Of a stretch of DNA of 64,000 nt, positions 19,078 to 27,423 are shown piece by piece. A program made the position numbers and the translations under genes. The notes under the pieces were generated by a model. It worked only from the letters and a program-made list of their open reading frames with translations. It was not told where the DNA came from and did no database searches. Source of the DNA: Candidatus Tayloriibacteriota bacterium. GTDB lineage: Bacteria > Patescibacteriota > Minisyncoccia > Phycocordibacterales > CAIRYW01. The stretch's first letter is position 1, and each line of letters opens with the position of its first letter. The stretch spans positions 7,262 through 71,261 of the forward strand of contig JAQBQZ010000007.1 in the NCBI GenBank assembly GCA_028286725.1, in the 5' to 3' direction.

Positions 19078-19702
19078 AAAATACAAAAGAGTTGCATCTC
19101 TGCCTGGGTTTCATTTTTCAATACTTGGAGCAGTACTTTTTCTTGGAGTCAGTCTTTGCATAAATTTTTATGCCGGAATCTATGCCACAGTTTCTGCGAA
19201 CAATCCTGTGACAGATATTATTTTGAGTAATATTCCAGTTTATAATGTTGATGCTATCTTTGTGTACGGAGCTATACTTTTATGCGTCTCGATCTTTTTT
19301 CTTTGCATTATTAATCCAGAGAAGATTCCGTTTACCGTAAAGACAATCGCTCTGTTTGTAATTGTCCGTTCACTCTTCATCATACTCACTCATATTGGTC
19401 CATATCCAAACCATACAGATTTAACACTCAAACTCATCAATGATTTCAGTTTTGACGGCGATCTCTTTTTCTCAGGCCATACCGGCTTACCTTTTCTTAT
19501 TGCTCTCATTTATTGGGACAATAAGTTCCTAAGGAGGATCTATATTATGGCTTCAATATTTTTTGCTATCGTGGTTTTGCTTGGACATATTCACTATTCG
19601 ATAGATGTATTCGCTGCGTTTTTTATTACAGAAGGAACTTACAGACTTTCTGAAAAGTTATTTAAGAAATCTTATTTGCTTTCACGATCGACGTATTTTT
19701 AA
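19049..19702 (+). CDS. PAP2-superfamily membrane protein (divergent paralog)
   Basis: 217 aa. FSGHTGLPF and GHIHYSIDVFAAFF correspond to the PAP2 C2 and C3 motifs. Overlaps the upstream PAP2 gene by 29 nt. Confidence 0.55.
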   Translation: MKALTQNIFKKYKRVASLPGFHFSILGAVLFLGVSLCINFYAGIYATVSANNPVTDIILSNIPVYNVDAIFVYGAILLCVSIFFLCIINPEKIPFTVKTIALFVIVRSLFIILTHIGPYPNHTDLTLKLINDFSFDGDLFFSGHTGLPFLIALIYWDNKFLRRIYIMASIFFAIVVLLGHIHYSIDVFAAFFITEGTYRLSEKLFKKSYLLSRSTYF

Positions 19703-19731
19703 TTTTTTATATTTGAGAAATATAAAACTTG

Positions 19732-21405
19732 TTATTTGGTCTCGCCATGAACATATTTATCGCCTCGCATCCACGAAGCGACGGCACCAACAAGAAAGAG
19801 AATAAGTGAGAATGTAAACACTATTTTAAGTCCGTGCATAAAAGGTTCTGAGATCAGATCTGGGAAAAATGATGAGCCAATAATTTCATTTCTATTTTCT
19901 TCTGGAAGTGCGGCTAGTGTATCTGTAGGAATGAGTTTGCTCATTGGATTGTAGCCGAGGAATGCGGCAAAGAGACTTGATACGGGTGGGGCACTCGCGA
20001 TCTGTATTGCGACTGTCTGGGACACTCCTTCTTTTATAAGCGCCTCGGACATCGACTTTGGAAGTGATGATGCGAGACCTGCAATCATGAGGCTAAAAAA
20101 TATTCCAATTGAAAGCACTTGGCCCACATTCATGGTTGTTGCTCGCATTCCAGATGCCTGACCTCTATCGCTTGCCGGCACGGAGTTCATGGTCCCTGTG
20201 GTGTTTGGGGAAGAAAATAATCCTACACCGATACCATTTAAAAGAAGAAGCAATGCAAAATTTAAGTACACAAAGTTTGCAGGTAGCGTCATAAGAAGTG
20301 CGAAACTTATCGCTCCAATGATCATTCCGCCTGTGGCAAAATATCTTGCACCATATTTGTCCGAAAGATATCCAGAGAGCGGTCCAACTAAAAGAAAACC
20401 AAGAGTGAGGGGGAGCATATAAATACCTGCCCAAAGTGGCGTGCTCTCAAAAGAATAATTATGAAGAGGAAGCCAGATTCCTTGAAGCCAAATAATGAGC
20501 ATAAACTGTAGTCCGCCTCTCCCGATCGATGAGAGAAGGTTGGCAATATTTCCTGCAGCGAATGCTTTGATCTTAAAAAGTTCGAGATTAAGCATTGGTG
20601 CTTTGATTTTCTTTTCAATAAAAGCAAACAGTACAAGCAAAAGAATTCCCCCGATAATTTCAGATAATACTTTTGGCGAAGTCCATCCCATAAGATGATT
20701 TCCGTACGGTTGAATACCGTAAGTGATGCCAACAAGAATCAAAATTAATCCTAACGCAAATGTAACATTGCCCCACCAGTCGATCTTGATATTTCTTTTT
20801 TCGTTAACTTCATGAAGTTTGAGATATGCCCACGCAGTACCGAAAATTCCAATCGGCACATTGATCCAAAATATGAGTCGCCAATTCCAGTCAGCAAGAA
20901 TTCCACCGAGTATGAGGCCAATGAACTGTCCTGCAAGCCCTGCGATAGTATTGATACCAAGTGCAAGTCCACGTTGTTCGGTAGGGAATGCGTCAACTAA
21001 AATTGCGGTAGAGTTCGCCATAAGAAGTGCTCCTCCTACACCTTGAAATATCCGCATAAGAATAAGATAAAGCGCCGCGCTTTCTCCTTGTCCAGGGGTC
21101 AGACTAAGTGCAATGGAAGCAAGCGTGAATATTAGGAATCCAAGATTGTACATTTTCACTCGTCCAAAAATATCACCCAATCGTCCAAGTGATACTACGA
21201 GTACACTGATGCAGACGAGGTATCCAAGGAGTGTCCAGAGAAGAAAGCTGATATTGCCTGGAAGAAGAGGGTCGAGATTGATACCTCGAAAGATTGCAGG
21301 AAGACTGATGATGACGATTGAACCGTCGAGAGCCGCCATAAAAATGCCCAATGTGGTATTGGAAAGCGCAGTCCATTTGTATCTATTTTTGGCCTTTTGA
21401 TCCAT
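19732..21405 (-). CDS. MFS transporter, DHA2 (14-TMS drug:H+ antiporter) family
   Basis: 557 aa. 14 predicted TM helices. MFS motif A-like GRLGDIFGR and the overall EmrB/QacA-type arrangement. Confidence 0.85.
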   Translation of the reverse strand: MDQKAKNRYKWTALSNTTLGIFMAALDGSIVIISLPAIFRGINLDPLLPGNISFLLWTLLGYLVCISVLVVSLGRLGDIFGRVKMYNLGFLIFTLASIALSLTPGQGESAALYLILMRIFQGVGGALLMANSTAILVDAFPTEQRGLALGINTIAGLAGQFIGLILGGILADWNWRLIFWINVPIGIFGTAWAYLKLHEVNEKRNIKIDWWGNVTFALGLILILVGITYGIQPYGNHLMGWTSPKVLSEIIGGILLLVLFAFIEKKIKAPMLNLELFKIKAFAAGNIANLLSSIGRGGLQFMLIIWLQGIWLPLHNYSFESTPLWAGIYMLPLTLGFLLVGPLSGYLSDKYGARYFATGGMIIGAISFALLMTLPANFVYLNFALLLLLNGIGVGLFSSPNTTGTMNSVPASDRGQASGMRATTMNVGQVLSIGIFFSLMIAGLASSLPKSMSEALIKEGVSQTVAIQIASAPPVSSLFAAFLGYNPMSKLIPTDTLAALPEENRNEIIGSSFFPDLISEPFMHGLKIVFTFSLILFLVGAVASWMRGDKYVHGETK

Positions 21406-21496
21406 GTGAATAGTATATCAAGCCGTTTATTTGCCTCAAGTTCTTTTACGGACCTCGTGATATGATAGGTGCAATAAAATAAATTAAGAGAAATCC

Positions 21497-21853
21497 ATGA
21501 ACTCCTATAAAGATATCAATACATACATAAAAACTTTTCCAAATGATATTCAGATCATTTTAAAGAAGATGAGAGAAGTGATAAAGAAAGCTGCACCAAA
21601 AGCGACGGAGACCATAAGTTATGGTATTCCAACGTTTGATTTCAACGGGCATCACTTGGTACATTTTGCCGCATACAAAACACATATCGGATTCTATCCA
21701 ACTTCTTCTGGTGTTGCCGCATTCAAAAAAGAGATCTTGAAATATGATTTTTCTAAGGGAACAATTCAGTTTCCGATAAATGGTCCTATACCGTTTACAT
21801 TGATTACAAAGATTGTTAAGTTTCGAGTCAAAGAAAATAAGGTACTAAAATAG
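21497..21853 (+). CDS. DUF1801 (YdhG-like) domain protein
   Basis: 118 aa. …ETISYGIPTFDFNGHHLVHFAAYKTHIGFYP… matches DUF1801. Confidence 0.6.
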   Translation: MNSYKDINTYIKTFPNDIQIILKKMREVIKKAAPKATETISYGIPTFDFNGHHLVHFAAYKTHIGFYPTSSGVAAFKKEILKYDFSKGTIQFPINGPIPFTLITKIVKFRVKENKVLK

Positions 21854-21912
21854 AATGGTTCCACTTTTCTATTTTTCTGTTAATATATTCATATATTAGA
21901 TAACTTGTTTAT

Positions 21913-22275
21913 ATGAAATCACATAAAATTGCGTATTGGATTACAACGTCACTTATCTTCCTTATGGAAGGAGTCCTCGTGGCTCTTACGGGCTGGAGCC
22001 AGATGTCTATCGATGGCATCACAGGGCTTGGCTATCCGCTTTATTTCGTCTCACTTCTTGCTAGCTTTAAGATCCTTGGATCAATCGTTCTTATGTTCCC
22101 GCAGTTCCCAAGAAATATGAAAGAGTGGGCGTATGCTGGATTTGGAATCGATTTTATTTCTGCATTCGTTAGTATTTGGGCAGTAGCAGGATTTGGCTCA
22201 ATGCTCATTCTTCCTGTTGTAGCCATGGTTCTCCTTGCTATCTCATACAATTCATATCACAAACTAAATTCCTAA
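21913..22275 (+). CDS. DoxX-family membrane protein
   Basis: 120 aa, 4 TM helices. LMEGVLVALTGWSQ…ASFKILGSIVLMFP pattern. Confidence 0.5.
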   Translation: MKSHKIAYWITTSLIFLMEGVLVALTGWSQMSIDGITGLGYPLYFVSLLASFKILGSIVLMFPQFPRNMKEWAYAGFGIDFISAFVSIWAVAGFGSMLILPVVAMVLLAISYNSYHKLNS

Positions 22276-22327
22276 TTATCATTTGCTCCGCATGACAATG
22301 TTATGCGGAGCTTTAATTTTTTAAACT

Positions 22328-22771
22328 ATGATCAAACTCAATCCGTATTTAAATTTTCTAGGCAAAACCGAAGAAGCCTTTAACTTTTATAAATCAGTGT
22401 TTGGTGGAGAATTTGCAATGATCCAGAAATTCAAAGATACTCCTCAGTTTGAAGGGAAAGAGAAAATCCCTGAGGCAGATATGGAGAAGATAATGCATAT
22501 AGCACTTCCTATTGGCGGCGAAGTATTAATGGGTACGGATGCACTCGAATCAGCGGGGCACACTCTCACATTTGGCAACAATATAAGTCTCACGATAAGT
22601 GTCGATTCAAAAGAGGAGGCAGATCGAATATTTAATGGACTTCTCGAACAAGGAAAGGTTGCAATGCCTATGTCAGATACATTCTGGGGCGCATATTTTG
22701 GAATGGTGGATGATAACTTTGGTGTGAAATGGATGGTGAGTTTCGATGCCAAATATGCAGACAAAAAATAA
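22328..22771 (+). CDS. VOC-family protein (PhnB / glyoxalase-like)
   Basis: 147 aa. LNPYLNFLGKTEEAFNFYKSVFGGEF…MHIALPIGGEVLMGTD…FWGAYFGMVDDNFGVKWMV is the PhnB-type VOC fold. Confidence 0.8.
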   Translation: MIKLNPYLNFLGKTEEAFNFYKSVFGGEFAMIQKFKDTPQFEGKEKIPEADMEKIMHIALPIGGEVLMGTDALESAGHTLTFGNNISLTISVDSKEEADRIFNGLLEQGKVAMPMSDTFWGAYFGMVDDNFGVKWMVSFDAKYADKK

Positions 22772-22790
22772 TCTGTAATAAACAAAATAT

Positions 22791-23195
22791 ATGAACTATA
22801 CATACATAATCATTGCAACACTTGCTCAGTTTGTGCTCGGCGCTTTGTGGTATTCACCGCTCATGTTTGGAAAGTGGTGGATGCAAATCATGGGAGCAGA
22901 AAATCGTACTAAAGAAGAAATGCAAAAAATGCAGAAAGAAATGGTGCCATTTTATCTCCTTCAAATATTTCTCACTTTTGTTTTTACTTGCGCGCTTACG
23001 ATAATGCTGATCCTTATGCCGTTTAATCCATATACCTCAGCGCTTGTGCTTCTCATTGGATTTATTATCCCAACCCAGATAGGAGGAGTTATTTGGGGCA
23101 ACACTCCAAAAAGATTGTTGGCAAAACAGCTTTTCGTGATGGTATCGTATCAGTTTTTTGGAATTATTCTCGCGACATTTATTCTCGCATATTAA
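22791..23195 (+). CDS. DUF1761-family membrane protein (paralog of 13118-13567)
   Basis: 134 aa. N-terminal pattern IIATLAQFVLGALWYSPLMFGKWW. Confidence 0.5.
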   Translation: MNYTYIIIATLAQFVLGALWYSPLMFGKWWMQIMGAENRTKEEMQKMQKEMVPFYLLQIFLTFVFTCALTIMLILMPFNPYTSALVLLIGFIIPTQIGGVIWGNTPKRLLAKQLFVMVSYQFFGIILATFILAY

Positions 23196-23200
23196 AACAA

Positions 23201-23584
23201 ATGGAAAATACAATTTCCTATTTTGAGATTCAATCATCAAATCCTTTGCAATCTGTGGAGTTCTATAAAAAAGTCTTCGGATGGAATTTTGTGAAAGAAG
23301 AATTGATGCCGATCGAGTATTATCGAATGACAGAAACTTCTGGAATAATGGGTGCAATTCTCAAAAGACCTGCCCAAGTGCCAGCTCCAGAACAAGGAAC
23401 AAATGCATTCACTTGTTCAATCAAGGTTAAGAACTTTGACGATACACAAAAGACAATAATAGAAAATGGAGGCGCTGTGGCATTACCAAAGTTTGCTGTC
23501 CCAGGAAGATGCTGGCAAGGGTATTTTCTGGACAATGATCACAATGTCTTTGGAATTTTTGAACCGGATGAAAATGCTCGCTAA
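23201..23584 (+). CDS. VOC-family protein (glyoxalase / bleomycin-resistance fold)
   Basis: Start set at the ATG at 23201 (MENTISYFEIQSSNPLQSVEFYKKVFGWNF…GIFEPD). The longer annotated ORF would overlap the upstream gene. Confidence 0.75.
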   Translation: MENTISYFEIQSSNPLQSVEFYKKVFGWNFVKEELMPIEYYRMTETSGIMGAILKRPAQVPAPEQGTNAFTCSIKVKNFDDTQKTIIENGGAVALPKFAVPGRCWQGYFLDNDHNVFGIFEPDENAR

Positions 23585-23623
23585 AGCAAGATTTCTTTTT
23601 AGATAGACTCTTGATATACTATT

Positions 23624-24328
23624 TTGATGTTGAAATATCGAATCGAAATAGTTGTGAGTTTGTGTGTGTTGTTTGCACTTGGAATGGGCTATTCGCTCTA
23701 TACTAAGTTGTCGACATCTGCGCCAGATAATCAAATCCAAAATAAAACGGTGGAGAATTATGACGCAGCATCAACAACACCAGTATCAGAAACAACTGCA
23801 ACAGACGATAATTCAAAAACATTAACCAATAACACAAAAAAGGAAATGGAAAAAAAGACAGCAACAATGCACACAAATAAGGGAGATATCGAAATCGAAT
23901 TTTTTGACACGCTTACTCCAAATACAGTGGCAAACTTTGTAAAGCTCGCAAAGACTGGGTTTTATGACGGAGTCAAATTTCATCGAGTGATCAAAGGATT
24001 TATGATACAGGGCGGGGATCCTCTTTCAAAAGATGATACACAAAAATCAAGCTGGGGTACAGGAGGTCCGGGATACAAGTTTGACGATGAGCTTTCTCCT
24101 GAAAACAGCAATGTTACAGGCACTATTGCAATGGCAAATTCAGGACCTGATACAAACGGAAGTCAATTCTTCATCAATGTAAAAGATAATAATTTCTTGG
24201 ACACAAAACATACGGTGTTTGGCAAAGTAACAAAAGGTATGGATGTAGTAACTGCTATCGAAAATACTCCAGTAGATGGGTCAGACAAGCCAATCGACGC
24301 CATTATCATTCAAAGCATTAGTTTCTAA
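23624..24328 (+). CDS. ppiB: cyclophilin-type peptidyl-prolyl cis-trans isomerase, membrane-anchored
   Basis: N-terminal TM helix plus a low-complexity linker. Cyclophilin core HTNKGDIEIEFFD…FHRVIKGFMIQGGDP…GTIAMANSGPDTNGSQFFIN…KHTVFGKV. Confidence 0.9.
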   Translation: MMLKYRIEIVVSLCVLFALGMGYSLYTKLSTSAPDNQIQNKTVENYDAASTTPVSETTATDDNSKTLTNNTKKEMEKKTATMHTNKGDIEIEFFDTLTPNTVANFVKLAKTGFYDGVKFHRVIKGFMIQGGDPLSKDDTQKSSWGTGGPGYKFDDELSPENSNVTGTIAMANSGPDTNGSQFFINVKDNNFLDTKHTVFGKVTKGMDVVTAIENTPVDGSDKPIDAIIIQSISF

Positions 24329-24349
24329 CTAATATAATTTAGCACTCAG

Positions 24350-24397
24350 AAAATGCACCGAAATTGACTCTGTCAATTTCGGTGCATTTTCTTTCTG
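24350..24397 (+). terminator. Rho-independent terminator
   Basis: Perfect 18-bp stem AAAATGCACCGAAATTGA / TCAATTTCGGTGCATTTT with loop CTCTG, followed by CTTTCTG. Confidence 0.7.
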
Positions 24398-24432
24398 TCA
24401 TCATATTCTTATCAAACCGTCCTCTATAACAT

Positions 24433-25521
24433 ATGAAATACAATATTTTTTTGGCGGCAGTTTTTGCGCTCAGTATTATTATGTCTTCAAATGTAACATC
24501 GGCAGCCACTGCAACAACAACTCGATACGGCAGGACTTATTATTCTAATCAGTTTTACAATAATGATGGATCTGGTGAGGCAAGCACTACGCGCCAAGCG
24601 CGAATAAGACAATATCGCGGACAATCAAGCGATCTTCAAAACAAAATAAGCGCTCTTGGAACTACTGCAAATCAGATCGTAACCATGCCGGTACTTTTTG
24701 GTGTAAGTATAAATGACCTGACGCCAAATTTCGGTGATCCTCGATCAGGTGGGCGAACACATGAAGGTGAAGATATTATGGCAGTTTTGGGTACTCCGAT
24801 AGTAACACCCACAGATGCAGTTGTGATCCGTACAGGAGTAGGTGAAACAGAAGGTAATTACGTATACACCGCAAACCCTGGAGGAGAAACTTTTGTCTAT
24901 ATGCATCTTAATACTATTGGTGAGGGTGTAGTATCTGGACTTGTCTTAAAGCGAGGAGATTTGATCGGCTATGTCGGCAACACGGGTAATGCTGCAGGAG
25001 GGCCCGCACATCTACATTTTGAAATTCATAATAGTTCTGGCACACCGGTGGATCCGTTTCCTAGACTGTCTGGTGAAATTTCACTTCAGGACAAAATAAT
25101 ATATCTAACAAAAATTCTTGGACAGACAACTGATGCAAATACGCTGTCCAAATTCTTGGTATTAAATTTTAGAAACACTTTTTTATCTGCAAGAAGTGCA
25201 GGTCTTGTATTGCCTCAGTCTATTATTGACGCACTTGGTCCCATAAACACAAATCCAGGAATAGGAACTGGTGGTGGATTATCACTTTCAAGAGATCTAT
25301 ATCTAGGTATCACAGGAGACGATGTCTATGCGCTTCAGGTGTGGCTTAACCACAATGGATTTGTGGTATCGCAAAACGGGGCAGGATCTCTCGGTAACGA
25401 GACGAGATATTTTGGCTCTGCTACACAAGCAGCAGTCATAAGATTTCAAATTGCACATAATATAACACCTGTTGCAGGCTATGTAGGCAGCATTACTCGG
25501 GGAGTATTGGCTGGACTATAA
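24433..25521 (+). CDS. M23-family (LytM) peptidase with C-terminal peptidoglycan-binding domain
   Basis: Signal peptide. LytM motifs HEGEDIMAVLGTPIV and GNTGNAAGGPAHLHFEIH. C-terminal PG_binding_1-like domain GDDVYALQVWLNHNGF…FGSATQAAVIRFQ. Confidence 0.85.
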   Translation: MKYNIFLAAVFALSIIMSSNVTSAATATTTRYGRTYYSNQFYNNDGSGEASTTRQARIRQYRGQSSDLQNKISALGTTANQIVTMPVLFGVSINDLTPNFGDPRSGGRTHEGEDIMAVLGTPIVTPTDAVVIRTGVGETEGNYVYTANPGGETFVYMHLNTIGEGVVSGLVLKRGDLIGYVGNTGNAAGGPAHLHFEIHNSSGTPVDPFPRLSGEISLQDKIIYLTKILGQTTDANTLSKFLVLNFRNTFLSARSAGLVLPQSIIDALGPINTNPGIGTGGGLSLSRDLYLGITGDDVYALQVWLNHNGFVVSQNGAGSLGNETRYFGSATQAAVIRFQIAHNITPVAGYVGSITRGVLAGL

Positions 25522-25530
25522 TACATAATT

Positions 25531-25558
25531 GATGCATTGAAAAGTGCATCTTTTTTGT
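25531..25558 (+). terminator. possible Rho-independent terminator
   Basis: GATGCA-ttgaaaag-TGCATC followed by TTTTTTGTG. The stem is short (6 bp). Confidence 0.4.
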
Positions 25559-25582
25559 GAAAAATATCGTATACTATTTTAG

Positions 25583-25972
25583 ATGCAAACATTATTTCAA
25601 AAATTAGAAGCATATTCATCGAGTGTTCTTCGAATTGGAATGTCCCTGGTTATACTCTGGTTTAGTACTGAGCAATTTCTGCACACGCTTGATTGGACTG
25701 CTTATGTACCAGATTCTGCCGTATCTATAACTGGATTTACTGCAACAACACTTGTGTATTTCAACGCATCGTTCGAACTTGTGTTTGGAGTACTTCTTCT
25801 TTTTGGAATATTGACAAGAATCTCAGCGCTTCTATTAGCTCTTCATCTTTTTGATATCATGTTTATTGTTGGATATGGAGAAATAGGAGTTCGGGATTTT
25901 GGGCTTGCCGTTGCAACGTTTGTTGTGTTTATGAAAGGGAGCGACATGCTTTGTTTATCAAAAAAATATTAA
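25583..25972 (+). CDS. DoxX-like small membrane protein
   Basis: 129 aa, 4 TM helices. LRIGMSLVILWFSTEQF pattern. Confidence 0.45.
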   Translation: MQTLFQKLEAYSSSVLRIGMSLVILWFSTEQFLHTLDWTAYVPDSAVSITGFTATTLVYFNASFELVFGVLLLFGILTRISALLLALHLFDIMFIVGYGEIGVRDFGLAVATFVVFMKGSDMLCLSKKY

Positions 25973-25993
25973 TATTAAAATAATTTATATAAA

Positions 25994-26503
25994 ATGAATT
26001 CTCAAAATACATCAAAAAAAATCTTTGGAATCGTTATCGCAATAATTGTTCTTGCAGTCTTAGTATATGCAGTCTTCTTTTCTGACAAAGATGACAATAT
26101 GGCAAATGATCTGACTGACACTACGTCACAAGGAAATACTCAAGATGCAGCACTTCCAGTAGAAACAACTCCTGTAGATACAACCAAAAAACCTGGAACG
26201 GTGAGTATGTATAAAGATGGTACATATTCTGCAACAGGAAGTTACCGATCTCCAGGTGGAGCAGATACTCTAGGTGTTACTCTCACGCTCTCAAATGATG
26301 TTGTCACAGATGTGACAGTTGCAAAAGGTGCAGGGGACAATACATCATCAAGATTTCAAGATAAATTTATTTCAGGCTACAAAGCACTCGTTGTTGGTAA
26401 AAATATCGCAGATATAAAACTTTCAAAAGTTTCGGGCTCATCACTCACTCCAATTGGATTTAACGATGCGGTTGCTCAAATTCAGGCGCAGGCGAAAGCA
26501 TAA
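25994..26503 (+). CDS. membrane-anchored FMN-binding domain protein (flavinylation substrate)
   Basis: N-terminal TM helix. YKDGTYSATGSYRSPGGADTLGVTLTLSNDVVTDVTV… fits the FMN_bind domain, including the Ser/Thr flavinylation context. Immediately followed by apbE. Confidence 0.6.
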   Translation: MNSQNTSKKIFGIVIAIIVLAVLVYAVFFSDKDDNMANDLTDTTSQGNTQDAALPVETTPVDTTKKPGTVSMYKDGTYSATGSYRSPGGADTLGVTLTLSNDVVTDVTVAKGAGDNTSSRFQDKFISGYKALVVGKNIADIKLSKVSGSSLTPIGFNDAVAQIQAQAKA

Positions 26504-26514
26504 TTCTCTCTACA

Positions 26515-27381
26515 ATGCCTCAGTTTAATTTTGATGCGATCGGCACAAAATGGCAGATAGATATTTTTGAATATCTAGATCGTGAAACTGAAGCTAATAT
26601 TTTGATAAAAATAAATAGCCGAATTGAAGAATTCGACAAAGCTTACTCACGCTTCCTTCCTTCCTCGCTCATAACTGCAATGTCCAAAAAAGCTGGTGTG
26701 TATGTTGTGCCTGAAGATGCTCAAGAACTCTTGAAAATTTATTTTGATCTCTATCAAAAGACTAATGGATTATTTACTCCTCTTGTGGGTAATCTGCTTT
26801 CAGATGCTGGCTATGACGCAGAGTATTCACTCAAGCAAAAAAATGAATTAAAAGCTCCTTTAAAATGGGAAGAGGTTATGGAGTATGATCATCCGAATCT
26901 CACAATTAAAATACCATCGATACTAGACTTTGGCGCAGGCGGCAAAGGGTATCTCATTGATATTATAGGCAAACTTCTCGAAGAAAATAATATTACAAAA
27001 TACTGTATTGATGGAAGCGGGGATATGCTATGCAAAAATAGTGAGGCTATCAGAGTCGGACTTGAAAATCCGTTTGACCTTGATCAAGTGATTGGTACTC
27101 TAGATCTTCAAAACAAAAGCATTTGCGGCTCTGCAGGCACTCGCCGCAAGTGGGGAGAATTCACACATATCATAGATCCAATGACACTCAAATCTCCAAC
27201 AGATGTTGTGGCTGTGTGGGTTGTTGCCGATACTGCACTTATTGCGGATTGTATCGCAACTTGTTTATTCTTTGTTCACCCTGAATCTTTATTGAATTCG
27301 TATCAATTTGAATATGTGATAATAAAAAATGATAAATCTATTTTAAGATCAGTAAATTTTGCAGGACAAATTTTCGCGTAG
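26515..27381 (+). CDS. apbE: FAD:protein FMN transferase (ApbE family), short form without a signal peptide
   Basis: 288 aa. FNFDAIGTKWQIDIF (mature ApbE N-terminus) and ILDFGAGGKGYLIDI (the ApbE GxGKGY motif). No lipoprotein or signal peptide visible. Confidence 0.75.
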   Translation: MPQFNFDAIGTKWQIDIFEYLDRETEANILIKINSRIEEFDKAYSRFLPSSLITAMSKKAGVYVVPEDAQELLKIYFDLYQKTNGLFTPLVGNLLSDAGYDAEYSLKQKNELKAPLKWEEVMEYDHPNLTIKIPSILDFGAGGKGYLIDIIGKLLEENNITKYCIDGSGDMLCKNSEAIRVGLENPFDLDQVIGTLDLQNKSICGSAGTRRKWGEFTHIIDPMTLKSPTDVVAVWVVADTALIADCIATCLFFVHPESLLNSYQFEYVIIKNDKSILRSVNFAGQIFA

Positions 27382-27423
27382 TGTTTGATGTTTTTTAATA
27401 GCTATTGAGGTATAATATTTGTA

